From Candidatus Thorarchaeota archaeon (GTDB lineage Archaea; Asgardarchaeota; Thorarchaeia; Thorarchaeales; Thorarchaeaceae), in contig JAFGAR010000088.1 in assembly GCA_016933575.1 (NCBI GenBank), positions 203,764-267,763 of the forward strand: DNA of 64,000 nucleotides, read 5' to 3'. Both the position numbers and the translations under genes were made by a program. Of the stretch, positions 9,907 to 20,504 are shown piece after piece (position 1 is the stretch's first letter; every line of letters starts with the position of its first letter). The notes below the pieces were generated by a model. That model was given only the letters and a program-made list of their open reading frames with translations, ran no database searches and was not told the DNA's origin.

Positions 9907-10962
9907 TTGTTTTTATGGGTGTGGTTTTTGACTGATGGAACATTTGAAAATAATTCGACGCACTTACTATCATGTCCCGACTGTAATGGCTTCTTAATTA
10001 CAAGTCAAGGATACATAGTATGTGGAGAATGTGGACTAGTAATTTCAAGAGAATATGTTTCTCCTACTTATCAAATGGGGGAACAACAAAATAGTGAAAC
10101 TCCTGATGCTTCAATGTATGTATCTCTGGGTAATAGAATGCATATTGTTGATGGATTAGGAAGTTACATAGGATTTCACAAAGACAAGTACTTTCAAGAC
10201 GCTCATGGACAAGCTCTAACAGGGAGAACACAGAAAAAATTCAAACGGCTTAAAACAATATATAGCACTAGGATTCGGATTGGAAAAAATGAGGCTAAGT
10301 ATCGAGCCCTAAGAACTCTCAATCATGTTTCAAAACTACTAATGTTGAATGAACAAGTTCGTGATCGTACTGCATATCTATACAAAAAGGTTGTATCAGA
10401 ATCAGTAGAAAAGGTTAGCAACAACATTCTCCTTGTTGCGGTATGTCTTCTTATGGCAGTGAGAGAGTATAAGAATGATGCTCCAATCACGCTAGACGAG
10501 ATTGCAGATGTATTTGAAAAATGTGGACATCGTGTCAATGTGAGAGCAATAGTACGGGAGGCTCTTAGGCTTAAATCACTAACAGGTTATGCGCCAGAGA
10601 TTAGAAAACCAAAGGACTATGTCCCAAGAGTGCTTTCGATGTTAATGAATAGTACAAAGGTTTTGAACAAAGTCAAATCTCGAGGATGGGACCCTAGTGA
10701 ATATGAGAATGCACTCAGAAACAAAATTATGGGCGTACTAGAGATGATACCCGCATCGAAACGGGGTGGGCGTAATCCGTTTATATTTACAGTATCTGTA
10801 GCTTATGCAAGCGATCGTTTGATTGCCGCACAGAATGATAAACGTCCAGTTCTAACACAAAGGTTGACATCAACAGCAACGGAAGTTGCAGAGTATAGCA
10901 TTAGAGACCATTTTGGAATGATGAAAAAGATTGTCGAGATACCTGATGAGATTGTACAGTAA
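9907..10962 (+). CDS. Divergent TFB/TFIIB-family paralogue
   Basis: Zn ribbon CPDC..CGECGLVI and two cyclin-like repeats (A.LYKKV, ITLDEIA, GRNP, LTQRL..ATEVAEYSIRD). Confidence 0.8.
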   Translation: MFLWVWFLTDGTFENNSTHLLSCPDCNGFLITSQGYIVCGECGLVISREYVSPTYQMGEQQNSETPDASMYVSLGNRMHIVDGLGSYIGFHKDKYFQDAHGQALTGRTQKKFKRLKTIYSTRIRIGKNEAKYRALRTLNHVSKLLMLNEQVRDRTAYLYKKVVSESVEKVSNNILLVAVCLLMAVREYKNDAPITLDEIADVFEKCGHRVNVRAIVREALRLKSLTGYAPEIRKPKDYVPRVLSMLMNSTKVLNKVKSRGWDPSEYENALRNKIMGVLEMIPASKRGGRNPFIFTVSVAYASDRLIAAQNDKRPVLTQRLTSTATEVAEYSIRDHFGMMKKIVEIPDEIVQ

Positions 10963-11008
10963 GTTGCATCCTTTGACATACTGTTGGTTAGAGGAGTGTC
11001 AGTAGCGA

Positions 11009-12685
11009 ATGAAACAAAATGTGAATGTCATTCATTGTTCTTCAGGTCGTTGTGATAGATGTTCTGAAAGAGCTGGAGAATCATGTCAGAAACTAAGAGA
11101 GCTAGGTGAAAATCCTGATTGTTCAGTTCTTCTTTTAGAAAGCAATAGTGGATTAATACATTTTAATATTGCAGGAAGTCCTATTCCAAATCAACCACCA
11201 TGGGTTTCAGATAGATGGGAAACTGTGTTTATTGGACAGGACGATGATTTGTTTTCTGAACTCGATTTCGTAGCTGGAGCTTATTGTGTTGGGCCCTATC
11301 TCTCTCTTTTCTCAAAGCAATCTGGTGATTATCAGGTGAGATATACAAGTCTACCGATAGTAAGGACATCATTAGAATTAGCATTACTAAACCAGCTTGT
11401 GAATGAGAATAGGATTTTTTTCAAAAATTCAGGCAATTCTAGAGAGAAACTAACAGAACAACAAACGCGTTTAATGCTTGAGATTTCGGAATACATTAAA
11501 AAACACATACCGGAAATAAATGAGAATACAAGAACGAGATTGTCACAGATTGCGGCGCATCAAAGAAATGTTCTTGGACCACTGTTTCCTTTACTAATGG
11601 ATGAATCGATTGAGGAGATATATCTAGATAGACCAAGATCAACAATTTATTTTGATCATCAAGAACTAGGAAGATGTAATACATCATTCACATATAATGA
11701 GAAAGATGTATCACGGATTATAACCTTCATGAGATCAGAGAGTAATTTACATCTTGATAGAAGTAATCCATCTCTAAAAATGGATCTTGATGTTTTAGGT
11801 AATCGCCTCAGATTGTCTGCAAGTGTTCCGCCCCTTAGCTTAGAAGGAGTTCATCTTGAGATACGACGAGCACGCAGAAAGCCTTTCACTCTATACGACT
11901 TGATTGACAATGATACTATCACCTACGAAGCTTCTGCAATTCTGCTATTAGCAATAGCCAGTAGATTGAATATTACGATAACAGGTGGACCGGGAACAGG
12001 AAAAACAACCCTTCTTAATGCTCTGGATATGACAACTCCGCGGATATGGAGAAAAATCTATGTTGAAGATGCTATTGAAAGTAGACTGTTAATGGACCAT
12101 CATCAAGTGAAGCTACAAGTTGACCCTGTAGATGAATCTCATAGAAAATTGAGTAAAAGTGATGAGATAATCAAGTGTCTTCATCGTTCGCCAGACTATT
12201 TGATTCTTGGCGAAATTCAGACTATTGAACATAGTAAAGCTCTGTTTCAAGCAATTGCTGCAGGGCTAAAATCAGTGCAGACCTGTCACAGCAATTCGGC
12301 GTCTAATCTCATTTCTAGATGGATATGGGGACATGGTATTGAACGAAGCAATCTCGCCATGATGGATTTGATTGTAACTCTCGAAAGACCAATACCAGGT
12401 CAATCACTAAGAAGAGTGAGTGAGATTGTTGAAATACGTAGAGGTAAAGAGAATGGTCTTCAAACTTTTCTAGGAACAAACACAATTTATGATGGAGAAG
12501 AACTTGGAGATTGGGCGGATGATGGAGCCTTCATGATTCATGCAAGAAACGCAGGAATAGAAAACCTTGATGATGTAATGAATGCACTAATATCATCTCT
12601 TCAAAACCAAGGCAATTATGCTAATTTAGAAACTCTTAGCGAAATACTTTGGTCATATGGTCATCCAATGAAATTCACAGGTTAA
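11009..12685 (+). CDS. Type II/IV secretion (VirB11/TadA/FlaI family) ATPase
   Basis: PLLMDESIEEI, SVPP, GGPGTGKTTLLNAL, VEDAIE, LHRSPDYLILGEI, TCHS. Confidence 0.88.
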   Translation: MKQNVNVIHCSSGRCDRCSERAGESCQKLRELGENPDCSVLLLESNSGLIHFNIAGSPIPNQPPWVSDRWETVFIGQDDDLFSELDFVAGAYCVGPYLSLFSKQSGDYQVRYTSLPIVRTSLELALLNQLVNENRIFFKNSGNSREKLTEQQTRLMLEISEYIKKHIPEINENTRTRLSQIAAHQRNVLGPLFPLLMDESIEEIYLDRPRSTIYFDHQELGRCNTSFTYNEKDVSRIITFMRSESNLHLDRSNPSLKMDLDVLGNRLRLSASVPPLSLEGVHLEIRRARRKPFTLYDLIDNDTITYEASAILLLAIASRLNITITGGPGTGKTTLLNALDMTTPRIWRKIYVEDAIESRLLMDHHQVKLQVDPVDESHRKLSKSDEIIKCLHRSPDYLILGEIQTIEHSKALFQAIAAGLKSVQTCHSNSASNLISRWIWGHGIERSNLAMMDLIVTLERPIPGQSLRRVSEIVEIRRGKENGLQTFLGTNTIYDGEELGDWADDGAFMIHARNAGIENLDDVMNALISSLQNQGNYANLETLSEILWSYGHPMKFTG

Positions 12686-12762
12686 ATTCTAAATACTGAG
12701 ATTTTGAATTTTCTTTAGGACCTTAAAAGGTTCGAAGGTGAAAAGAGCTTGAGGTGTAGCTA

Positions 12763-12969
12763 TTGGATAATCATGAATTCATTGGTAATGAACAAGGCGG
12801 TCCCTTGGTAGAAGAGAGCCTCTTGCTTGGCCTTGCTGTAGTTACTGTTTCAATAGTAATTGCTGTAATTCTGCAAGCTACAGGTTGGGCACAAGATGTC
12901 ATTACTGGACTTTTACAACTGTTACAAGATAGTTGGGGAAATCTTACTCAGCTATTTGGAGCCCCGTAG
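12763..12969 (+). CDS. Small pilin-like protein with class III (Flp/type IV) signal peptide
   Basis: NEQG|GPLVEESLLLGLAVVTVSIVIAVIL: Gly cleavage site, Glu at +5, hydrophobic helix; directly after the secretion ATPase; GAGGTG SD upstream. Confidence 0.65.
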   Translation: MDNHEFIGNEQGGPLVEESLLLGLAVVTVSIVIAVILQATGWAQDVITGLLQLLQDSWGNLTQLFGAP

Positions 12970-13071
12970 CGCGAAAATCTTGTTTTATATTGATGATGTT
13001 CTAATTGCAGGGGGAAAGGCTTATTTGCAGTCGGAGAGGGTTGCCTCTACGCTCCGGGCTGGCATACCAAA

Positions 13072-13181
13072 GCTCCGGTAGATCATCCTAGTATTTTCTA
13101 TGATGATACCGATTGTAGTCCGGCCCAGCATGGGGGACTCTCGATCCCCCGACCCGGGTTCAAATCCCGGCCGGAGCACCA
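13072..13181 (+). tRNA. tRNA-Glu(CTC) with a 32-nt intron at position 10/11 (13082-13113)
   Basis: Removing the intron gives GCTCCGGTAGTGTAGTCCGGCCCAGCATGGGGGA-CT-CTC-GA-TCCCC...CCGGAGCACCA; splice helix CGGT/ACCG and intron stem ATCATC/GATGAT. Confidence 0.85.
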
Positions 13182-13194
13182 ATTTTCATGTTTT

Positions 13195-15162
13195 CTATCG
13201 TAGTAGATACTTTTTTCGTAGAGTTGGTATGAGTATAATACTAAGAGACGCAAGTAGACTAACTGAAAACCCGTTAATTCCAATGCCTTGAGCTGCTAGT
13301 AGATCTACTATAGAGATAGAAATACTAATGAAACCTACACTATTCTCTACTCCTGAATTCTCTTTAATTATGTAATTCAATGAATAATTGCCGCTAATTG
13401 ATGGAAGAGGAAGATGCAGTTGTATTATACCATTTTCTTGAGAGAGTAATCTATATTCTAAAGTCAACCATACAAAAGATGCATGTAAACCCTCTAATAG
13501 TGTCCCATTCAAACATACTATTTGAAGAGTTACTACTACTTCTTGGAATGGATGAATCACCTCAAAATTCTCTAATATCACACGAACAGGAATTATTCTA
13601 CTGACGATAAGATAGTAATCAAATCCTGCTGAGAGAGCATATTGTATCATATCACCAAGATAATTAAAGGATAGATTATAGTGACCTTCTGAACTTGGAA
13701 CTGAAATTGAAAACGAAACTATTCCTTCACTATTTGTTACTAATGATGTTAAAATCGTATCATTGATTAAAAGCTGAATTGTTCTGGAAGTACAGTTTCC
13801 GTTCCAATCGGTCATTCTGATTGTAAATATAGTGACTTGATTGGGGGATGCATATTGGTCAATATTTGTATCTTCAAGTGTTAGCTTCGGTAGTGACCAG
13901 ACTGTACAATTTCTGGAATAACTACCATTAGTAAGAAACTGGTTTTCAATTTCTAGAGATATTGTATGCAGTCCTACAGGATTAGTTATTGAAAATAAGG
14001 CATTAATGAATGAGACACTCTCTTGTAATTGTATACTCCTATTGAAGCCGCTCACTAAATCAACGATTTTTATTGTCGTATCGCCTATTGGCCGTCCGAG
14101 AATATCTAGTATGGACAATGATAGATTGACTTCTGTTCCAAGTATTGCATTTTCAGGGATATCAAGGGTTATTATGGCGGGGCTATTGATATTAAAATTC
14201 AAGATAGCAAAAGTATCCGTGTAACGATCAGTTCCATTATAGAAGAATCCTAGAGAATGCGTACCCAATGAATATTGATTATTAATACTAAGGATTAGAG
14301 TCCCATTACCAAAGCTATCGGTTACAATATTGCAAACGAATTTTGCATCGACAAATATTCCAATATCCTCGGATAGACCTCCTTCAGGTCCAAAAAGATT
14401 CATTTCAATGACCAAGTCTTCACCAAGCAAGACTTCGTTCTGCCAATCTATCAGTTCTATTGTAGATTGTATCTGTTGGATATTGACAATGACTGTTTTT
14501 TCTGTTCTTGCCAAAAAATGCTCCAAATCTTGTTCAAAGATCAATCTAATTGTATTCTCTCCTAGAATACACCAAGAAGTATTACAATTTAATACAAATG
14601 AGGCAATTCCAGAAGAATTGGTAGTCAATATAGAAATAATATCGACACCGTGAAAGACACTAATTGTGGCATCTTGTATTGGTAAACCTAAATCATCAAG
14701 AAGACGGGCAGAAAAAGAAAGTGTATCTCCTGGTGCTAGTGATTGATTGTCATAATCAATGATAATTTCTGTTGCTGCAATAATATGCATAATCGTCCAT
14801 TGACAAGAGGATGCAAGATAGAGTGTATCATTTCCCCTAAATGTTGCATTGATGAATACAGGACCAAGGGGATAGATACCGGGAATATTCCAATCAATTG
14901 TTGCCAAACCGCTAGAATCGGTGATATCATAACCTATCATAATGTCATGTGTCTGATCAAAGAATTCAATCAATTGATTTGGTACAGGATCACCATAGGT
15001 TCCATTCTGTAGTAATAGTGTAGAGATGTTTACTCTTTCGCCCCGTTGGACTACAGTTTCTCCTTCAGCGGTGGCAATATTGGTATTTGAGGTAATAATG
15101 ATTAAAGATATCAGTCCTAGAATGAGGAAGATTGTAAACCTGCTCATCTTTATCAGATACAT
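13195..15162 (-). CDS. Membrane-anchored Ig-like repeat surface protein
   Basis: Signal peptide, repeated TD/TN-x-x-G-x-A strands and F.G...Y motifs, C-terminal TM helix plus basic tail (LRKKYLLR). Confidence 0.75.
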   Translation of the reverse strand: MYLIKMSRFTIFLILGLISLIIITSNTNIATAEGETVVQRGERVNISTLLLQNGTYGDPVPNQLIEFFDQTHDIMIGYDITDSSGLATIDWNIPGIYPLGPVFINATFRGNDTLYLASSCQWTIMHIIAATEIIIDYDNQSLAPGDTLSFSARLLDDLGLPIQDATISVFHGVDIISILTTNSSGIASFVLNCNTSWCILGENTIRLIFEQDLEHFLARTEKTVIVNIQQIQSTIELIDWQNEVLLGEDLVIEMNLFGPEGGLSEDIGIFVDAKFVCNIVTDSFGNGTLILSINNQYSLGTHSLGFFYNGTDRYTDTFAILNFNINSPAIITLDIPENAILGTEVNLSLSILDILGRPIGDTTIKIVDLVSGFNRSIQLQESVSFINALFSITNPVGLHTISLEIENQFLTNGSYSRNCTVWSLPKLTLEDTNIDQYASPNQVTIFTIRMTDWNGNCTSRTIQLLINDTILTSLVTNSEGIVSFSISVPSSEGHYNLSFNYLGDMIQYALSAGFDYYLIVSRIIPVRVILENFEVIHPFQEVVVTLQIVCLNGTLLEGLHASFVWLTLEYRLLSQENGIIQLHLPLPSISGNYSLNYIIKENSGVENSVGFISISISIVDLLAAQGIGINGFSVSLLASLSIILIPTLRKKYLLR

Positions 15163-15398
15163 TCCTCCTTTGAATTAATCATAGATTCAAACACTATTTT
15201 TCATACCCCAATATTGGTCAAGTATAATATCAAGTTCTTCTTCATTCAGTCAGTTCAGTGGTTTTTAATCTCCTATTGGGTGATGATGGGGTGTTTTCCA
15301 CGTTGAGGGGAGTTCTTATGTCAAACTCTAGCACAAGGGTTTGGTTCGATTGAAGTGATATCCATAAGAGGAATCAAAGACTGAGGGAGCAATTCTAG

Positions 15399-18300
15399 AT
15401 GTCATTCAAAACATCCTGCAAACGTACGAAGACTGATGCAGCAAAGGGTCATGCATTTAGCACATGTCTTTGGATACGTCGGTTTTGGATTATTGGATTC
15501 TCAGTCACGGTAGTATATTTTCTAGTTATCTATTTGTTGCCACTTTCCAGAGTGATTGGCACCCCGATAGTTCCTTTCAAACTTGCCATAGAATTAGTGA
15601 TTTGCATAATTCCAATTTTCACTAGTATTGTTCTAGCCAGACAAGAGATTGTACAAATAGAAACATCGATTTCTTTTGAGAATGAGGTTCTCATAGTGAA
15701 CAAAGGTGCTTTAATCACTGGAATATGCTGTTTAGAGATTGTATCCGTATCAGGTTCTGTCATTTCTGATGATGATGGACATGTCAAATATAATACATCG
15801 ATGTTATTAGCTATTAGAGTAGGGATGCACAAATCAGTAAAGATAGCTTTTGAAGCAGGTGTATCAAAAGGAGAACCGTATCTTCGAATTTTCATTGCTG
15901 TTACTGGTAATGAACTTAATAACATCAAGGAAGTTTTGAGAAGAGAAGCAACTAGAGCTGAAGCTATTCTTTTAGCGTCGCTCAATGCTGTAGAATTACG
16001 GATACTTGAAAACAACGATTTAATGCAAGCAGTGGGTTTGTTATCAGGAGATTTAATTCCGGATTTTGGCACTGTAGATGATACAAATGAAACTAAGACA
16101 TTAATATTTCTAAAAGGAAGTCCACGTGTTAATCCATCCGTTGAGACATCACAAATTGGAACTTTTATTTCCACCGCATTGAAACAGGACTATTCTGTTA
16201 GTTTAACGTGTGTCTTTTCTGTAGCAAAACCTGGAAGAGAGAGACAGAAATTGGAGGGCAGATGGAAAACAATTCAATCGAAAGAAAAACGAAAAGAAGA
16301 AACTTTGAGAGATCATGCAGAGAAGAAGAAACTCATAACACAATACGAAGAGATACAGGATAATGTTGGATGGTTTGATTCATCAGTATATTTTGTTGTT
16401 AAGGCATCAGAATCAGAAGATATCAACGTACTTCAAGAAGGAGTCAGTGGTCTAATCCAATCTATTTGGGGAGGAGATAATAAAATCAAGTTGGTATCTC
16501 AAACCATTTCCAAAAGAAATGCGTTCAGATTACTTACAAGAGAACATATGAAAAAACAGAGAGTGCATGTTAGCAGTCTTGCCTCATTTGTAAACACGCC
16601 TATTCGAAAATTACCAATAATTAGCCCAGAACTTGCACCAATATTTCCGGTCCCTCCACGAAACATGGTAAGCAATGAACTGGTTATCGGTGATTCTATT
16701 TTTGATGGGAAACCATATTCAAGTGTGGGTTTGAAGATAGAATGGTTGCGAGAACATGTTGCTGTTTTGGGTGCAACGGGTACTGGAAAAACAACACTTG
16801 TTAAACATCTCATCACTCAACTCAGTAAAAAAACAAGTGTTCCTTGGTGGATTTTTGATATCAAAGGATCTGAGTATGCAGGTCTTATTGGACATATTGA
16901 TGGTGAAGTGATTATTCTCAAACCAGGATTGGATCCAAAATTTGTAATTAGTCTGATGAATCCTGATACAAGTAATGATGAGAGTAGTGCATATTCAACA
17001 TTCATTATTTTAAGAGAACTCCTGAAAGAAAGAGGTGAATCATCCGAACTCTCTCCAGCTATGGAGAAATTACTCAGAGAATCAGTAATCAAACTAGCAT
17101 CATCTCTTGACAATAGTAACTCAATTCAATCTCTTATTGAAATGATAGTTAAACAAACTACTGATGATAGAATGGGAAAAATGACAAGTGATGCTCTTCT
17201 CAATAGGCTTCAGATATTGAACCAAGAACCACTGGGAAGCATACTTCGTGGTGGTTCATCTGCAATTAACATTTCAGAGTTATTGGACAAAAGGGTAATT
17301 CTAGATTTAAGTTATGTATCTAGAATAGGAGGAATGGAGTCAACTCGTATTCTCTACAATCTTATTGCTAAGCATATCTTTGAAAGTGCTATGAAGAGAG
17401 GTATAGTGCCTGGAATACATCATGTCGTGGTCCTCGAAGAAGCAAGTAACCTAGTCCCCGAGAGTTATTCAAGGCATTCATCAGCTGATGTGACTACAGG
17501 AGAATCCATGGTTATGTTGCAACGTGCTACGGGACAAGGTGTAATTGTTGTATCAACCAGACCCAATATATCATCAAATATACTTGCAAACACGTCTACA
17601 AAAATCACCTTCAGACTTCCTTATGATAGTCAGATAGGTGGTAAGTTTCTATCGCTTGAAGATAATCAGGAAGTCTATTTGAGAGGATTAAAGCGAGGGA
17701 GAGCTCTTATAGCAATCCCAAACACAGATACTTTTGAAATTGCTACGAAACCCTTTGTTGATATGCCTCCTATAAGTTCGGATGCATCTCATCAAATACC
17801 AAAAGAAGAGAGAAGAGAAACAGATCCTAAAGATGAGATTATAGAATTTGAAAAACAAAAAACTCGGGCACTTGAAGATGAAGCTAAGACTGTCATTTTT
17901 GATAGAGTCGGACGATTTGGTAATCATATAGTTGCTTTCTTGGCTTCTAAAGGGATGTCGACAGAACAAGAAATTCGAGAGCTTCTATCTACAATTGACT
18001 CGAGTGTGATGGAGGATGATATTTCTGAGGTGATTAGAAACCTTATCTCATTAGGTACCATTGAGAGAGAGTCTCTAGCACTTGTACCAGGAGGCTTTCT
18101 GTATACTTTACCGGATAGAGGATTGGAAGCAATTCGAACAGTAATTGTTCAATACATTTTTGATAGACTGGAAATAGAGGAAAATGAAGCTCTTCGGAAA
18201 ATGCATCATCCAAATTGGCCAGATATAATCATTGAAGACAAAGCGGTTGTCATTATACCTGATCATCTTAGAGCTTCGTCAATGGAATCGACCTTGGACA

Positions 18301-19175
18301 AAATCAGACAACATATGGGTATTCTTGGAAATGGTATCAATGAACTTTTCATTGTGGTAAGAGGAAGCGTAGCAGCAGCTAAACTTCGAGAACTTCTTGA
18401 TAGTTCTGAGGATTATAATGCAGTGACCGTGATTTCTGCATTCCCAAGCTCTCTTGATTCGATGATAGAAAATATCGGTGGTAATACTCAATCTCCCGAT
18501 GAAAAGATAACAGACAGTGAACCCTTGACCGATACTGAAAACAAGGAAGATACGGGATTGATTGGAGCTATGCATGAGATTGGACCAGCTACAAGTAGAG
18601 CCATTCAGATTCGATTATGGTTTGGTCTTATTCAGGATTTTGTTGATTTATCAAATGGTCAAGTAGGATGGGATGTATTATTAGACTTCATTGAAACGAC
18701 AGCACTTCAATCGTTGAAAGGGAGATCAGCTCCATTAACTGTTGAAGAGGGGAGACGGGCGCTAACAGAGTTGCTTGCTGATGAGGTGCTTATAGCAGTA
18801 CGTACAAATGAAGATAGTAAATTTATTGATGTCAAGCAAGGCCTATGGATAGTGAACTCAACAGTCTTACAAACCTTCAGAGAGAATGCTATTGGAGTGA
18901 TTGAAGGTGAACTTAGGAAACATCACTCTAATGTTACAAGAAGTCATGGATATTACGATCTTTGTGCTGGAAATACGTCATATGTGGTATTTCCAAATCA
19001 ACAACAATTAAGCACATTGTTAAATCTTCACAGTGATGTAGCATGCAGAACATGCAAATCGACTCAGGTAATATGTATCCTTACAGCATCAGAATATCTT
19101 GAAGATAATATGGTTACGCCAGGTAATTTGATTGTGAAAACGATGGATGATAGCTTATCTGCATTGGTGAGCTAA
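15399..19175 (+). CDS. Membrane-associated HerA/VirB4-like ATPase with a long C-terminal extension (wHTH and possible nuclease-like folds)
   Basis: Two N-terminal TM helices; HVAVLGATGTGKTT, IFDIKGSEY, VVLEEA, STRP..ILANTSTKITFRL. Confidence 0.8.
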   Translation: MSFKTSCKRTKTDAAKGHAFSTCLWIRRFWIIGFSVTVVYFLVIYLLPLSRVIGTPIVPFKLAIELVICIIPIFTSIVLARQEIVQIETSISFENEVLIVNKGALITGICCLEIVSVSGSVISDDDGHVKYNTSMLLAIRVGMHKSVKIAFEAGVSKGEPYLRIFIAVTGNELNNIKEVLRREATRAEAILLASLNAVELRILENNDLMQAVGLLSGDLIPDFGTVDDTNETKTLIFLKGSPRVNPSVETSQIGTFISTALKQDYSVSLTCVFSVAKPGRERQKLEGRWKTIQSKEKRKEETLRDHAEKKKLITQYEEIQDNVGWFDSSVYFVVKASESEDINVLQEGVSGLIQSIWGGDNKIKLVSQTISKRNAFRLLTREHMKKQRVHVSSLASFVNTPIRKLPIISPELAPIFPVPPRNMVSNELVIGDSIFDGKPYSSVGLKIEWLREHVAVLGATGTGKTTLVKHLITQLSKKTSVPWWIFDIKGSEYAGLIGHIDGEVIILKPGLDPKFVISLMNPDTSNDESSAYSTFIILRELLKERGESSELSPAMEKLLRESVIKLASSLDNSNSIQSLIEMIVKQTTDDRMGKMTSDALLNRLQILNQEPLGSILRGGSSAINISELLDKRVILDLSYVSRIGGMESTRILYNLIAKHIFESAMKRGIVPGIHHVVVLEEASNLVPESYSRHSSADVTTGESMVMLQRATGQGVIVVSTRPNISSNILANTSTKITFRLPYDSQIGGKFLSLEDNQEVYLRGLKRGRALIAIPNTDTFEIATKPFVDMPPISSDASHQIPKEERRETDPKDEIIEFEKQKTRALEDEAKTVIFDRVGRFGNHIVAFLASKGMSTEQEIRELLSTIDSSVMEDDISEVIRNLISLGTIERESLALVPGGFLYTLPDRGLEAIRTVIVQYIFDRLEIEENEALRKMHHPNWPDIIIEDKAVVIIPDHLRASSMESTLDKIRQHMGILGNGINELFIVVRGSVAAAKLRELLDSSEDYNAVTVISAFPSSLDSMIENIGGNTQSPDEKITDSEPLTDTENKEDTGLIGAMHEIGPATSRAIQIRLWFGLIQDFVDLSNGQVGWDVLLDFIETTALQSLKGRSAPLTVEEGRRALTELLADEVLIAVRTNEDSKFIDVKQGLWIVNSTVLQTFRENAIGVIEGELRKHHSNVTRSHGYYDLCAGNTSYVVFPNQQQLSTLLNLHSDVACRTCKSTQVICILTASEYLEDNMVTPGNLIVKTMDDSLSALVS

Positions 19176-19969
19176 TTCAGCGAGATTCTTGTACATATTA
19201 TTGGTTTGCCTAGAAACAGATTTGTTAATCGATTTGGGATAAGGAGATTGAATATCACTACATCTATCTTGTGATTAGCCAAGTCTAGAAGCTCGCTAAT
19301 TTTTTTCGCCATTCCTCCGGTTACATCAATACTTGAAGATGGACCTGTTAGTGCGAGAATTTGGTCTTTGTTTGTTTTATCTATCAGAGGAATGTGTTTT
19401 GCATCGGGATTAATTTCAGGATTCTCGGTAAGAACTCCATCAACATTTGTTCCAATGAAAACAGACTTTGCCTGAAATTTTTCTGCGAGAAATACTGCAA
19501 TGGTATCTCCACTGAGAATTGATGCAGCTTTCTTCATATCGATACAGACATCTCCGTGGATAATCACTGAAATACCTGCATTAAGTGTCTGTTCAATTAT
19601 TTCAGTTGGAAAGTTATGGATAAAACCATCATGAAGAGTGACAAAGTTGAAAGGCGAGAAAATTGCTCCTAAAACTCCTTGCTGACTAAGTTCTTCTTCA
19701 ACTCTTGAAGCAAGTTGAGACATATTACGCCGGATGTCAGGTATTCCTAAAAGCAGTCTATCTGGAGGCGTATTTGGATTACCAAATCCATGTTTATGAG
19801 CAGCTTGATGTCCATGAGCACCACCACCTAGAACGATAAGAAGTGGGGCGCCACATACAGCAATTTCTTTTGCAATCCGTCTTAGTGACTTAAGATTGAC
19901 CCTTGGAGGCATGGATTTCTTATCTGTTATTACTGATCCACCAAGCTTGATTACAATAAGATTCTCCAA
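19172..19969 (-). CDS. ipk: Isopentenyl phosphate kinase
   Basis: VIKLGGSVITDK, GGGAHGH, HGDV, ILSGD, DVTGGMAKKI; TTG start at 19969 preferred. Confidence 0.9.
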   Translation of the reverse strand: MENLIVIKLGGSVITDKKSMPPRVNLKSLRRIAKEIAVCGAPLLIVLGGGAHGHQAAHKHGFGNPNTPPDRLLLGIPDIRRNMSQLASRVEEELSQQGVLGAIFSPFNFVTLHDGFIHNFPTEIIEQTLNAGISVIIHGDVCIDMKKAASILSGDTIAVFLAEKFQAKSVFIGTNVDGVLTENPEINPDAKHIPLIDKTNKDQILALTGPSSSIDVTGGMAKKISELLDLANHKIDVVIFNLLIPNRLTNLFLGKPIICTRISLN

Positions 19970-20110
19970 ATGAAACACGATTTGTGCTGAACATATCATC
20001 GACTTATGGACGTTACCATACCTGTGGAACATTCATTCACAAGACAAGCTTTTTATCCAGTTCACTTTCCAAAGCCTTGGACACCTCTTAAGACTGAGAG
20101 TGATTACAGT

Positions 20111-20422
20111 ATGACTCAAAGAGCAAGAATTCGATTATCAAGCACGAGTACAGAACATCTGGATGGAGTCTGTAATCAAATCAAGAGAATTACACGAAAG
20201 ACAGGTGTCCGTATGGCAGGCCCTATTCCCTTGCCTACACGGAGAATGGTAATTCCTACTCGAAAGACTCCATGTGGTCAAGGTTCCGAGTCATGGGATA
20301 AATGGGAAATGAGAGTACATAAACGTCTCATTGATATCGATGCTGATGAACGGGCTATTAGACAAATAATGCGTGTAAGAATTCCTGATTCGGTATATAT
20401 TGAGATTGAGTTAACCGGGTAG
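20111..20422 (+). CDS. rps10: 30S ribosomal protein uS10
   Basis: [35 protein letters not shown]. Confidence 0.97.
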   Translation: MTQRARIRLSSTSTEHLDGVCNQIKRITRKTGVRMAGPIPLPTRRMVIPTRKTPCGQGSESWDKWEMRVHKRLIDIDADERAIRQIMRVRIPDSVYIEIELTG

Positions 20423-20504
20423 ATTAGTGCGTTTCTATCCAAATACAAAGCCTTTTTGCATGATTATACAACGCTTACTTATTCTGCCTTGAGGAATCTT
20501 ACCT

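Noticed and set aside
15270-15312. ORB-like G-strings (ATGATGGGGT, TTTCCACGTTGAGGGG)
   Set aside because: The dyad core does not match the three clear ORBs
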